From Macrostomum lignano (Eukaryota), in contig NIVC01000763.1 in assembly GCA_002269645.1 (NCBI GenBank), positions 1 to 64,000 of the forward strand: 64,000 nt of DNA. The letters run 5' to 3'. Below, piece by piece: positions 34,725-48,100 of this stretch (positions are counted from its first letter, which is position 1; the number at the start of each line of letters is the position of its first letter). The notes beneath the pieces were generated by a model. That model worked only from the letters and a program-made list of their open reading frames with translations, was not told the DNA's origin and searched no databases. The translations under genes and the position numbers were made by a program.

Positions 34725-35832
34725 AGGGACAGGGAGATCTTGGCACCCTACAGAATGTACAGGGAGAACACGGCACCCTACAAGAGGGGCAGGGAGATCA
34801 CGGCAGCCTACAAGATGGGCAGGGAGATCACGGCAGCCTACAAGATGGGCAGGGAGATCACGGCAGCCTACAGGAGGGACAGGAAGATCACGGCAGCCTA
34901 CAGGAGGGACGGGGAGAACACGGCAGCCTACAGGATAGACGGGGAGAACACAGCGGCCCACAGGGAGATCACGGCAGCCTACAGGATAGACGGGGAGAAC
35001 ACGGCAGCCTACAGGATAGACGGGGAGAACACGGCAGCCTACAGGATAGACGGGGAGAACACGGCAGCCTACAGGATAGACAGGGAGAACACGGCAGCCT
35101 ACAGGATAGACAAAGAGAACACGGCAGCCTACAGGATAGACAGGGAGAACGCAGCAGCCCACAGGGAGAACACGGCAGCCTACAGGATAGACGGGGAGAA
35201 CACGGCAGCCTACAGGATAGACAGGGAGAACACGGCAGCCTACAGGATAGACAGGGAGAACGCAGCAGCCCACAGGGAGAACACGGCAGCCTACAGGATA
35301 GACAAAGAGAACACGGCAGCCTACAGGATAGACAAAGAGAACACGGCAGCCTACAGGATAGACGGGGAGAACACGGCAGCCTACAGGATAGACAGGGAGA
35401 ACGCAGCAGCCCACAGGGAGAACACGGCAGCCTACAGGATAGACGGGGAGAACACGGCAGCCTACAGGATAGACAAAGAGAACACGGCAGCCTACAGGAT
35501 AGACAAAGAGAACACGGCAGCCTACAGGATAGACGGGGAGAACGCAGCAGCCCACAAAGAGAACACGGCAGCCTACAGGATAGACGGGGAGAACGCAGCA
35601 GCCCACAAAGAGAACACGGCAGCCTACAGGATAGACGGGGAGAACGCAGCAGCCCACAAAGAGAACACGGCAGCCTACAGGATAGACGGGGAGAACTCAG
35701 CAGCCCACAAAGAGAACACGGCAGCCTACAGGATAGACGGGGAGAACTCAGCAGCCCACAAAGAGAACACGGCAGCCTACAGGATAGACAGGGAGAACAC
35801 GGCAGCCCACAGGGATAACACGGCAGCCTACA
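34725..35832. repeat. 30/21-bp compound minisatellite just 5' of the EHBP1 first coding exon
   Basis: Units GGAGAACACGGCAGCCTACAGGATAGACGG and GGAGAACGCAGCAGCCCACAG. A strong acceptor CCCGCAG lies 8 nt before the ATG (34693), so this is probably a 5'-UTR intron. Confidence 0.93.
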
Positions 35833-37790
35833 GGCGCAATATAGCTATACCATAGCTTTACCAATTAATACACAATACAGTTGTGAAGTAAGTCTAACAC
35901 AAACAAGAAGTCGCGTGAAACCGGCATTTTTATTCTGCAGCATTCGCCCCACAGGTTTATTTATTGTAGAGCAATAATTACTACCGAGCTGGCTGAAACA
36001 ATTTGAAGAAATCGAGTGACAAATGAGAGTGACTGCGAGGGCTTGAGAGAGACAGCTGGCTAACACTGCGGGGAGCTAGAATTTCAGTCTTAAAGATAGG
36101 ACTACGCTATACTGGCAAACAATAAAGCTTATTTATATTACTATTATAATAAACAATAGTGCATGCAATTTCTTTTAGGAACACAAACTAATGCGTGTAT
36201 ATAGTAGTAGTAGTAGTATAATGACTAAATTTAATATCAAATAATGCCGGTAGACACAACCAGAAACATTTTGTCAGATTTTAGACACACACAAGACGGA
36301 AAGAAATGGCCAAATCAAAGAACAACGAGAGAGAGAGAGAGAGAGAGAGGCGCGAACTAGCCGAGTTAGGAACAGCAGAACCTAGCGATGAAGAAGGTGA
36401 TAATGAAGTCAATTTACTAATTTTTCATATCATTATAACCTCAAGGACCACTTCACAAGTTAGAGAGAATTTAACGCTTTAAATACTTATGCCAAATATG
36501 AATAAATATAGCTAATATTCTAATATTATTCAGTGAAACTAGGGGCTTATTTTCATATTCCACTTTCAGTAGGGAATATGGATCATAAAGCAATTTTTCA
36601 TTAAAATCTTATAGGAATTCCCCAGAAGAATTTTATAGGAATTCCCCATGAGAATCTTATAAAAATTACCCATGAGAATCTTTTAGAAATTCCAATTGAG
36701 AATCTTCAAGTAATTCCCCATGGAAATCTTTAAAAAATTCAAATCAGAATCGCAGAGAAATTTCCCGCTATGTTAATAAATTTGCTACACAGCTAGCACA
36801 GGCTTCTCCCAGCCCTAGTGATCCTTGTGTGCAAAACCGCAGACACAGAGCTTAAAAAACAAACAAACAAGAGAAGAAAAGACAAAGGAAAGCATGTTAA
36901 ATGGTCTCGCCACCCTAAATGAAAATAAATATGTAACTAGTTTTATAATAAAAAAGCAGCCACAAAAGCAGACGAAGAAGACAATTCAATACAAGAATTA
37001 TTACTATTAAAAATGATTAACAATTTGAAGAAGACAAAAAAACAAGAAAAGCGCTCAACAGTTCCAAGCAGAGAAGGGGCAGAAGCAGAGAGGGATAAAG
37101 CAAAGTCAATTAAAACACATTCAACACTGATAAGCATGCGGCGGGAATCTCCAAGTCACCACCAAATTAGCAATATAATAATAACAATAGTAAATAATAA
37201 AAACATAAAACACAGGACATGACATAGAGAAATTTCAAAAACAATTCTTCAAACAGATTCTAAATCTGACCGTGAATGCCTACAGAACTATCTCGTAAAT
37301 ATGATTGCCCAGTTTCAACTGACTTCCGTAAGTCTACAGTAGTGAAATTGTGCTAACAAGAACAGACAATGGGACACAAAAAAGAATCACCGAATATTTA
37401 GGGGCAAAAGGCTTGCAAGGCGATGCGCGGTAGATCCTTGTTTTTTTGCTTATTGCTTTTTCAGCAAAAGATTTCTATTATTAAATTTGAACACAACAGC
37501 AACACAATGAGAAATTCTTCTGGCACCAAAAAAGTTTTGTTTGAGTGCATTTCAAAATAGTTAATAAAATGAATTGCTTCAGTCTATTGCTTAGAGTAGT
37601 ACAGCGAACATTAAAATTGAAAAATGGATTTTATTTTTTTTACTCTAAAAGTCAACAACTTATTATTCTCGCGAATTAACCTACTCACCTATAATTAGTA
37701 CACAATAAATTGATTAATTAATCAATCAAGATAATATATAGTTTCAAAACTAGGTATTATTGGTTTCAGTGTTCGTTCTTTATATATAAT

Positions 37791-38429
37791 TTAGGCTGGC
37801 AAACTGATGCTGCGGCCTTTGAGCACTTTGGTGACGTACAGGTAGAAGAAGTCGCCGTATAGGCAGGTTTGGACACAGCCAGCCACGATGGCGATAAGAT
37901 CAAAGAAGTTCTCGGCATAGTAGCGGTAGATCCAGTTCAGAATGTACAGACCACGATAGGCGCCCAGGGCGAACAGGTAGTGCGAAGTGATCGTCTCAGC
38001 TTCCCCAGTTTTAGTGATGAGGAACAGTTGCGGCAGGATAGCAACAGACTCTAGGTAGATGCTGAAAGTCCAGAGAATCTCCAGCACAGAGAATTCGTGA
38101 TTAACAATCAGGGCAAGCAGGGCGCAGGGTATCACGGTGAATTCCAAGCGGAACGAATCGTGATTGGAGTCGTAGGTTGCTTTGAACTTGAAGTACATCA
38201 GATAGAGCGTAGCGACGCTGGACCCGATAAAGAACACCTTCATCAGGGTGTTGTACAGGCTGACAAATGTGGTGAACAGATCCAGGTAGCGAGTGATGAA
38301 AACCAGACAGAAGCACATCTGAGACTTGCCAGAGATTCCGGACACTGAGCGACTTTTCCACATTTTCAATAACAGCAAGATGATGGCGCCCAGATGGGAC
38401 ATGTCACCAACTAGTCGGAAAATATTCAT
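37791..38429 (-). CDS. KDELR: ER lumen protein-retaining (KDEL) receptor, ERD2 family, 212 aa, intronless
   Basis: [96 protein letters not shown]. Confidence 0.98.
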   Translation of the reverse strand: MNIFRLVGDMSHLGAIILLLLKMWKSRSVSGISGKSQMCFCLVFITRYLDLFTTFVSLYNTLMKVFFIGSSVATLYLMYFKFKATYDSNHDSFRLEFTVIPCALLALIVNHEFSVLEILWTFSIYLESVAILPQLFLITKTGEAETITSHYLFALGAYRGLYILNWIYRYYAENFFDLIAIVAGCVQTCLYGDFFYLYVTKVLKGRSISLPA

Positions 38430-38934
38430 TTTGTCTAGCTGAGGACTGCTATGCTGTTGAGTTTGCTTCTGAGATGGAGCCCAAATGGCATGAGTGAAAG
38501 AATCATGGTAGAAAACATTTATAATTGTGTAACATACTAAAGCAATGTGGATTAGATAAAAATCTCGATTTTACATGATGCACAAAATGAATATGCAATT
38601 GTGGTGAAAGTTCAGGGACTTGAAGGTGAATGGGGGTGCTATCAAAGTCTAGCTCACTAAGAAGTTTGCAAAATTTCAACTTAAGAACCTCCTTTTGCCG
38701 ATGCATATTGAACAAGTCCTTTTTGTAAGGATATGTTTATATGGCCAAGCAGAAGTCAAGTTTTGTCTGACTGGCCCCATGCTATTCTCATAGTAGCAGT
38801 CTAATAGCATATGCCTATCCTCAAGTTCTTATCATTCAAAAGTTAAATCCAAAATAGTAGAAAAAGGCAGATTTCCACTGTGTCCTTTGTTCAAAAGCAA
38901 TTGCATACACATATCTTGCAGCTTTTCCAACTAG

Positions 38935-39178
38935 GAGCCTCTTCACGGCAATCGATTCTAGAACCAGAATCGGTTTGGATTTCCAAGAAAAAAAGCAGTA
39001 TAACTATTTAACTGAATGTTTGACTGCCTTAACAGGCTTACTTTGCACAAATTTTTACTTTCTTCTTGGCTATTGCCATTTAATAATAACAATTTTAAAG
39101 TACTACTATCCCTCTAGTTTAGGAGACAAAAAGTTATACTTGTTTTGGTTTTGGTTTTGGTTCAATATGAAGAGCCTC
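38935..39178. mobile_element. Second copy of the Harbinger-type MITE (inverted relative to 28394-28655)
   Basis: Reverse-complement similarity along its length; TIR GAGCCTCTTCA / TGAAGAGCCTC; 3-bp TSD TAG. Confidence 0.85.
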
Positions 39179-40292
39179 TAGGTAGTTCTAATCAAATTCA
39201 ATCTGTTTGCTTGCTATGATAGTAGATTCTGTTTTTTTCTTAATGATTAAATACTGCTTATATACAGTTGTCTATACAATTATTACTTGATCACAGAGGA
39301 TGAGAGATAGTAAGTTGATAATCTATTAACTATACTAACTTTGTTTATCTTATAATCAGCTAGTTGACAAAGTTACTAAGACTATTTACTTCAATTAGTA
39401 GATAGATGAATAAAATAACAATTGATAAAATAAATACAATCCTTTTCAACTTAGGCCTAGATCTTATAGGCCTATATGCTTAACTGAAAACACATAGGCC
39501 TAGTATATACCAAAGTTTAAGAGGCATCTATCAATAATAGATGCTTAATGTAATGAAAATTCAAGTTTATTTTTTATATTATACCAATTTAAATTAACTT
39601 TTACATCATTAATAACTTTCTTTTATGCAAAATTTTTCATCTTTTAAAAAAGTTTAATATGCATTGTTATACACTTTATAGTTTAAAACCTAAAGTGTAC
39701 TAAAGTCTACTAAAACCTAAAGTGTACTAGACCTAAAATAAGTTTCTTAAAGCATTACTAAAGTTTTATTAAAGTGAAAATTTATTAATTAGCTTTACTG
39801 TAAGGTTTATCTGTAAAGTTTATACTACAAATGGCACTAGTAACATCCTTTTAACTCTATCTTAAAAAGTTCTTCTGGTACTAACTCTACCTAGATAAAA
39901 AAGTGCTTTAAACCTCCTATATTAGATGACCTATTATTACTATACTAATGCTATTTTTATAACCTGCACAGTTTAAAGACTTGCAAATGTCTTAAGTATA
40001 CAATATGCTTATAGTAAATGTGCCTTGGTTCATTTATATAAAATTTATGTCAAAGTAATTGAATGCAGGAAACTAGGACAATGTTTTATTTATTATGTTA
40101 TATATAATAAAAAGTAGAATTTTAGCCACTTTGCTTCCAAACCATTTTGGCTAGGCCTATACTGGCTATAGACAAACTGCCTTTAGACTGTTTTGCCCAT
40201 GGTCTATTTCATTAACAAACTAGTTTAGTTAGTACCTATAAACGTTTTTGGCTATAACACTAAATATGCAATAGGAAGCTTGAGACGCCCTC

Positions 40293-40324
<32 letters not shown>

Positions 40325-40401
40325 GTATTTCTATGTATTAAAGTATAAAAATATTGAAGTCTATAGCAATTAGGTCTATTTTAAAGGCAATTTTCAAAGA
40401 C

Positions 40402-40718
40402 AATGGCTAGAGCTCCAATATTGGAACCCATTTTCTAATGGCTATGGATCTTGCAGTCTTTTGTAGGCAGGCAATTATCTTTGTTAGTTATCTTTGAACA
40501 TTAGAAGTATCTTCTTTTAAATCTCATTGTTTCATTTTGATCTTATCCTGAACAAAATCTCAATATAAACCACCCATTAAAAAAGTAAAAAGCTTCTGCT
40601 ATAGGCCTCCCTATTATACCCATAAACTGAATTGCACTACTAGAATTAGTGGAATACCAATGCTAGATCTATCTATAGCTATTAGAAAATGGGTTCTAGT
40701 GCTAGAACTCTAGCCATT
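40402..40718. mobile_element. MITE-like element with about 44-bp imperfect TIRs
   Basis: AATGGCTAGAGCTCCAATATTGGAACCCATTTTCTAATGGCTAT pairs with ATAGCTATTAGAAAATGGGTTCTAGTGCTAGAACTCTAGCCATT; no clear TSD. Confidence 0.65.
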
Positions 40719-40867
40719 ACCTTTTCAAAATGGTTAAGTTCTAGCAAATGTTGAACAATTTTAATTTTAGGTCATTTCATTTAATAGGTGTGCAGTCATT
40801 TTGTCTGCCAGCATTTCTCATTTCAGCCAACTTACTGATGGCTGGAAGGCCCTCTGCACCCACTACG

Positions 40868-41200
40868 ATTGTGCCTGAGGCGCGATGCTGCTACGCTGCT
40901 ATCAATCATCTAGCAGCACGTTCTTCTAGGCACTCGGATTATTACTGACGGATGCCAGGCCTACAATAGCTTGCAGAACCACGATGTCGTGAATCATTGA
41001 CTCTATTTTGCCAACCCTAAAGACCTATCAATTCACACAAACACCATTGAGAGGTCGTGGGCCCATGTCAAGGCAAAGTTCCGGGCAATGCATGGCACTT
41101 CCGAAGCTCTGTTTGAAAGCCATCTTAGCGAGTATCTCTGGTGCCAGCTCTTTCCTAGAAAGGAGTTTGGCAACTTCCTGTACCTTTTATCTTCCTACTT
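40868..41200 (+). mobile_element. Merlin (IS1595/ISXO2-like) transposase C-terminal fragment, pseudogenised
   Basis: RDAATLLSII*QHVLLGTRIITDGCQAYNSLQNHDVVNH*LYFANPKD..HTNTIERSWAHVKAKF..HG..LSEYLW. The ITD and HTN.IE..W motifs are typical; two in-frame stops. Missed by the ORF track. Confidence 0.85.
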
Positions 41201-42897
41201 TTTTATGTTCTAAAATTTAAAAAGAACCATTTAAAAAATTAAAGACAGTAAAGTAAAAGATTGCCGCTTGTATAGGCCCCTACATTCTTTTACTTAGGTT
41301 GTCTATGAATCTATTATTTGATTTGAGATTCGAAAAATTGGTTTTCAGAATTGCCTCGTGCCTCATCTCATCTCGTCTTGAATTTCAAGACCTATAACCA
41401 TTTCACGTCTCAATATTGTCTCAAACAAAATCTCAAATTTTGACACCTCTTATTATACCATCAATATCATGACAATATAATAAAGAAATTCGGATATTAC
41501 ACTAAACAAATAGCCAAATTGCAAATAGGTCTATAAAAATATAATCAAAATAAATACAAGTCAGTAAAAAATTAAATCGATTAGAAATGCCAGTCAGAGT
41601 CAGGAGCAATTAGGCCTAGGCCTATCTTTAACAGAAATAATGGAACAACAGTCCAGATAATAGAAATCTATAATTACGACCAGTAGAGTATATTCGACCC
41701 AGCCGCCCAATAACTATGGAAGTAAAATCCCCCAAAACTAAGAGCTATAAAAAGGAAGAGCACTAATTTAAGCTAACAAAATAAAAGTAGAGGCAAAATT
41801 AGGCCAATAAGGCTTGCGTTCTAAGAAACGATGCAGACGTGACGAAGTTTTCGTTTAAAAAATTGTATCAAGTCCTTGACCGTCAAATCAATTTCTGTAA
41901 CACAGTTATAACTATTGTTAATGTTATGCAGGCTAACTTATTGTTTTCCGAAAGTAGTTGCTTCTGTTTAGGTTTATGTAAAAGTTAAAAATTACGTGAA
42001 ATAATTAAAATTTACTAAGTTCTTTAACCCCAAGAACCTCGGATGTGAAGCACTCCTTTAATTCCAATTTATACTCGCTGGATAATGTACTCTGTTAATG
42101 TAATCATCAACTCAATCCGAATGGCTATATTTTATTCGCGTATGCAGTTTTAGTGCTTCGCCTTAAGCTAAAAGCTAATGTAATTTCTAAGACTTAATAA
42201 ACTTACTCTTATATAGTAGAAGACAGCTAGGTCTATGTGATTTTTGAAATAGGGCCTAGCCCGTAACTCGCATCGTAACTCGTGTAAAAATTTAACCTTT
42301 TGAACAAATACTAAATACATCGGATTATACTGGCAAAACAGGCTCCTTAAGCCTGAGCCAAATTTACTACTACTACTACTAGGGCATGCATTGCATACTG
42401 CATAGCCTATGCCTAAGCCTTGTGTGTGTGTATTAGGCCTAGTCTTAATAAATATTAAATAAACTTTTAAAGTTAAAGTTTCATTCAACATTAATTTAAG
42501 TTTGTTATTTAATTTGAATACTGTTTTATTGTTTTTTTAGTCATTGTTATATTATAGGCCTAATGAAATTTGCCTCTCTAGTTCTAAGTAAAAATTAGAA
42601 CCATAAACCCAGAAGTTGGTTCTGGGTTTATGGTTATGCCATATAGATATAGTTGGAAGTCTTCTAGGCCTATCTATAAATTTGTTAGGCTGCTAGGCCT
42701 ACTACAATTTATAATATTTACATATTTTTCTATCTTCATTTACCATATAAATGTAAACTTCTTTATTAGCCTTAGAGTTAGACCTATGCCTATAACTATA
42801 ACTAATAGACTTCTAAATGCATAAGCACAGGCACAAGGTCCATTTGGATTTTGTGGTATTATTAGAATAGAATAGTTCTCTAGCTGGGTAGGCTACT

Positions 42898-45800
42898 AGT
42901 CATTTCAGTGACAGACATTTCAGTGACAAATAGTCATTTTGGTAACAAGTTGTTTTTGTGATTGACATACTTAATTTTTTATGAAAAATTAAAGATTTCA
43001 TAAGTACAGTTATTTTAGTGATAGTAGGCACTTCATAATATTAGGCTTAGCTTGTAGTTATTTTGTTAAGATTTATATTTTGTAGACATATTAATAATTT
43101 TTGTCAAAAGATTAGGTCCTAATATGTTTAAGAAAAGAAATCAAACTAATTATATTATTTTCTTTTTGTGCAAATCATTTTGACTTGTCCCAGAATATTC
43201 AAACACATAAACACATAAGGCTATAAAGAATCCTTATGAAATTCTAACCATGAGAAAAGTAGAGATAGCCTATTCACTGGTCACTGGATCATTTGGTTTG
43301 GAAAACATAAATTTAAAAGATTGCAATTCTCAATTAAAAAAAGTAGTAGTAGTAGTAATAAATTGGCTCAGACAAATAGCTTGTTTGGCCAGTAAGAACT
43401 ATATATTTGAGATTAGTTTTTGTCCTAAGATTTATTGTGAAAATGATGAAGTCTAGTTTTAAAATGATTGCAAATAAAAATAACAATAAATAACAAGACA
43501 AGTTTTTTTGTTGTTTTTTTTTAATAACAAAAGAAAAGACAAACAGTTCAAAAGACTTGAGTAGTAGTAAATTATAGACACTATTCAATCAATTTAGAAC
43601 ACTCAGCAACATAGTGTAATATGTCATTTCCAGCTTCTTTACCACACAACCTACACAATTCCTGTACAAATTTTCCAGGTAATAATTCACACTTTAACTT
43701 TAACATGGTTGTTAGAAACTTTTTGTTTCTAAAGACACCTGGGAAGTAAGTTTGCAACTCGGGTCTGTGAGTCCTTTTGTATTTAAGGGCATGCTTAAAA
43801 TATTTTGAATGACTTTGTTCTTCCAATTTCACCCCTAGTTCTTTTTCCCAATTTTGTTTTAGCTCTCTCTCTTTTTAGGATTGATTTATCCTCATTAAAA
43901 CTTTGGCTAGGGTTCATTGAGGTCATGTATTCCAGGTTTATACTTTGTGGTTTTTTTATGACATTTGCTTTTCAAGGGTTGTTCACACTGCTGCTTGACT
44001 CAAAAATTTCAATAGTAGTCTTGTTGAGTTTTTTGTGCCCCAACTTGAGCCAGTATATAGGTACATTTTAAAAATATGGTATAAGATAGGTAAGATATTG
44101 AGTTCTGCAAGAATCATACTGTTACTAACATGTTTTGGTAGGTTGAGTAGGTGTTTGTAGAAATTTGTTTGGATTGAGTCCATATCTTTTAGCTTAGATA
44201 AGGTAGCCAGAGGCCCCCAGATTTCATATCCATAAGATACAACAGGTGTAACAAGGGAGTTAAAGAGCCATTTGATGGGCATAATATCTAGGGATGTCTT
44301 TAACTTTGTATAGTAGTGAGAGCATAGCTGAGCAGCCTTGTTTGATTTGATAAGCAATACATTTAAAAAAACTATTTTCTTGTTGTAAAGATAACTCCTA
44401 AGTACTTTAATTCATGTACTTCTTCAATTTCTTGCTGAGCATAGACTATCTGATCTGTGTTTAGTTGCCTATCTTTCCTTTTTTGCTTTTGTTTTTCTCT
44501 TCCCTGAGCATACCTGCATGTACTTTGTTTTGCTAGCATTCCCTTTTAAGTAGTTTTGTTTGCAGTAAGTCTCCATGTTTCTAAACATGCTTTGTAAGTC
44601 CACCTTGGTTTTTGCTAATACTGCTTAATTGTCAGCAGAGCAGAATGTGTGGATACAATGCTTTGATCAGGTGGTTGTTAGTGCAAGTTAATTCTAAATA
44701 CTCTATTATATCGTTAATGCAGATCTCAAAAAGAACTGTTGAGACAGGATTGCCTTGAAGGACCCCTTTTGATATTGGTACAGGTTTAGGTTCTTTGCTT
44801 GACTCGTCTACTTTTATTAGGAAGCAAGCATTTTCATGCATGTTTTTAGTTAAATCCATCATTTTGCCTTTGATTCCCTGCTTAGCTGATTTGTACCATA
44901 TTGTTGGCTGGTTTACACTATCAAAAGCTTTTTCATAACAAAAGCAATAAGAAGAGGTTCCTTATGGCTGATGTTTAGGTTTATAATATTACAAAGATTA
45001 AAACATTGGTCTCTGGTATTATGATTAGGTTTGAAGCCATATTAGTACTTTGAGATAAGGTTGTTTGAATAAGCAAGGTCTTCAAGCCTAGTTTTAATAA
45101 TTGAACATAGAAGATTTCCAAGAGTAAGTTGAGCACATATACCTCTGTAATTTTTTGGGTCACTTGTGCTACCTTTGTTTTTGTATACTTGGTGCAAAGT
45201 ATTTGTTATCCAGTCTATTAGGAACTTTCTATGTTCTATGATTTTGTTGAATAGTGAACAAAGTATCTGTCAGTTGATCTTCAAAGAATTTTAATGTCTT
45301 GGTATAAATCTGATCTTTTCCAGCTGTTTGTCAGTTTTGAGATTCTTTATGCTTCTTAACTTCTTCTGTTGTGAAGGGAGTATTGAAACTATCCAGGTTT
45401 TTTATTACTGGTTCCTCTAAGTACAGATCATATATAAGCCTTATATCAACATTGCTTTCTGTAGCAAGCTTTCTAAAATGATCTATAAAATCTCTGCTTA
45501 TAAATGTCTTATTTAGAAAGCAATCAGGTGGTTTAATGAGTGTCCAAAGGAGCTTTGGTTCATTCCTTAGGAAAGCTTGATTGATTCTGTTTTCTTTGGT
45601 TAGTACTAGTTTGTGTTTCTATGCTTTTATATGCCTCTCATAGATTCTTCTTTTTTCTCTTTTCTCCGTGAGGTTATCATTGGTAGGAAACATTTTATAT
45701 CTTCTACATGAATGTTTAAAGGCATTTCTGATGCCTTTAAGCCAATCAGGCATAGTATTAGAGATTGAGTCTTTATACTCATATTTGATTGAATTTTGTA

Positions 45801-48100
45801 GAGATTTAAGATACACACTGAGTTCTTGTGTGAAACTTTTATTTATATTACTATTGATCTGTGCCAGGCTCAAAATTTTTTCAGAGTTACCTTGGGTTTT
45901 TGATGTAATTCTTGTCTTTGATAATCATTTAGTTCATATATTTTTCTCAAAACAAGGATTTTTTACCTATCTTTTGTTTAGGAGTTTTGTTGACCTTCTT
46001 TTCTACTGTGAAGATATTTGGTTATGATCACTAAAGATTGTGCTATCATTGACCTTGAAATCCATAAAATGTTGGAGCATGTTACTTGAGATGAAACACA
46101 GGTCTATGACTGATAGTCCCTTATTTGTTTTAAAAGTGTAATCTCTATCAGAGTCAGAGATTGATCTTCAATTTACTATGTGTAAATCTTTGGTATTTGT
46201 GATAATTTGACCATTTTTGCAAGTTTTTGTATCTTTACTTGTAGCTCATTTGTCAGCAATGTTTCTACTATTTATATGATTAATAGTTTGTATATTTTGG
46301 TCATTATGTGTGTGTGTGCATTAGTCTCTAATAAGGATAATATTTTCTCTATTGCAGAGCCTATCTAAGAGTGTATCAAGTTTGTGCCAAATATTGTTGT
46401 CATAATACTTGGATGCTGTTGGTTGTATATAGGTATTTATAATTATAAAACTTTTTATTTTGTCAAGAATGTGTTCAAATGATAGTATAAGAAAGTTTTT
46501 ACATTCATTTGAAAATTTGATTTATTTTAAAAGTACTTTCTAATGATTTTTTTATATGCAATGAGTAGCCCACCAGAAGGTCTATCTTCAGTGATGTTTT
46601 GTAGTTTATAGCCTGATGAAAGCACTAGTCTGTAGTCTTTTAATAGTTTTTCACACTCTAAAAATTGACTCTGCCTAATTGTGTCCATAATCCAGGTTTC
46701 TTGTAAGCAACAAATGTCATGTTTGAAAAAGTTTTCTTCTATGAGGCTCAGTTTTGGTATAGCTACTGAATTCTTTAAAGTGATTAAGCCAGCAATATTC
46801 TAGCTACTTATTGTAAGTGTACAAAGTGTACTTTGCTTAAGTATTCCTAGGTGCTCAAGAATCTTTTTGATAGAATTATTTATTTTATATATTTCTTGAG
46901 GCCTAAGGTTTAGTTTCAAAAGGTAGTCTTTTGTGTACTGCTTCCTCCGAATAGGACTTATAGTTTTTTGTTTCTGTTAAGAAAGGATTGTAGGTCTGTT
47001 TTACATGTAGCAATATAGGAGAGGCTTAAGAAGGATAGGCTCAATAGTTTTTTATGAAAGGTACCCCTTTTCTGTAGGCAATACAAATGTTCTTCTCACC
47101 GCCTGCTTGTTGCTGCTTTAGCTCCTTGATGACATCTCACTTGAGTGCTCTTTCCCTCTCCGTTAGGTTGTTTTTTATTCTAACCTTAGCAAATAGTGAG
47201 CCAGGCTCACGTAGATGTTGTAGGTTGCCAAAATAGGCATCTTTGTTATTGGGGTTCTCCAGGCAAATAGCCAGGGGTCTTGGGAATCTTCCAAAAGCTA
47301 GAGCCATCCTTCCAATCCTTTGTGTAGATACAATAGGTACCATTTCCAGTGTGATCTTAAGGCCGTCCTTTATCAGTCAGTGCAGGCTTGCCTTGTCATC
47401 AGAGTCCTCTGGCAGACCAAAAATAATTAAATAATTTTTCTTGACATTTCTGCTGTTTACTTCTTCGACAATTTTGTTGAAGTTAATGTTGTAAGTTAAT
47501 TCCTCTTTACCACTTTCGATGCTCTCAAGCTCCTTAATCTTTTCCTCTAGCACATCAACTTTATCTCGCAGTTCTTTTAACATTTCCATACCGTTTAGGA
47601 GTGCACAAGCATGTTCCTTGCAATCTTTGCACACCCAAAGAAGTCCACTGGTGCTACCACTAGGAGCTTTAGCTATAGCAGTGAACACTCCTTTAGGAAG
47701 GCCAGAGCAGCCTTGGTGACTCCAGCGGTCACAGCTTTCACATTGTATGCCATCTTCACCATTATTGTGGCACGCAAAACATTTGTTTTCTTCTCGTTGG
47801 GCTTTTGGTTCTGGTGGCAGCGAGCTTCCTATTGGGGAGTCTAGCTCAATTGCTGGTTGGCTGCTTCTTTTTCCTCTTTGTGACATTTTGACTAGATTTC
47901 TAGAAAGGATCAAAGCAATACTTAACCATTTCAAAAACTATTACATTATTTAGGTTCAGCATCCCTTAAGATTTGCAAGGTAATTTTCTATTTAAAAAAC
48001 AGAATGGCTATCACTAAAAGGGTATTTTTCTTGTCACTGAAATGACTTTTGCTTGTTACCAAAAGGACTGTCACCAAAATGTCTTGTGACTGAAATGATT
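42898..48100. mobile_element. TIR DNA element split by the LINE insertion (arms 42898-42949 and 48052-48100)
   Basis: Left arm GTCATTTCAGTGACAGACATTTCAGTGACAAATAGTCATTTTGGTAACAAG matches the reverse complement of the right arm CTTGTTACCAAAAGGACTGTCACCAAAATGTCTTGTGACTGAAATGATT; TSD unclear. Confidence 0.7.
43500..47990 (-). mobile_element. Near full-length decayed non-LTR retrotransposon (PHD-ORF1, APE, RT, C-terminal Cys/His motif)
   Basis: ORF1 from 47886: PHD finger CFAC..CESCDRWSHQGC..WVCKDC, coiled coil, YLIIFGLPED. ORF2 remnants: ICCLQETWI (about 46700), IDLCFISS and SDH (about 46025-46110), EKAFDSV (about 44920), GVLQGNPVSTVLF (about 44750), LFNSLVTPVVSYGYEIWG, CRLC..DILH..C. Many stops and frameshifts; A-rich tail near 43510. 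Clade (CR1/L2/RTEX) not resolved. Confidence 0.92.

Noticed and set aside
34422-35855. Long ORFs of 370-410 aa with repeated motifs (ENTAAYRIDG, VYPVGCRVL, GEHGSLQDR)
   Set aside because: Open in several frames on both strands because the tandem unit lacks stops. They lie in a minisatellite upstream of a strong EHBP1 acceptor.
46600-46640. Hammerhead ribozyme core (CTGATGA)
   Set aside because: No stem II or GAAA arrangement, and it lies within the LINE endonuclease region.
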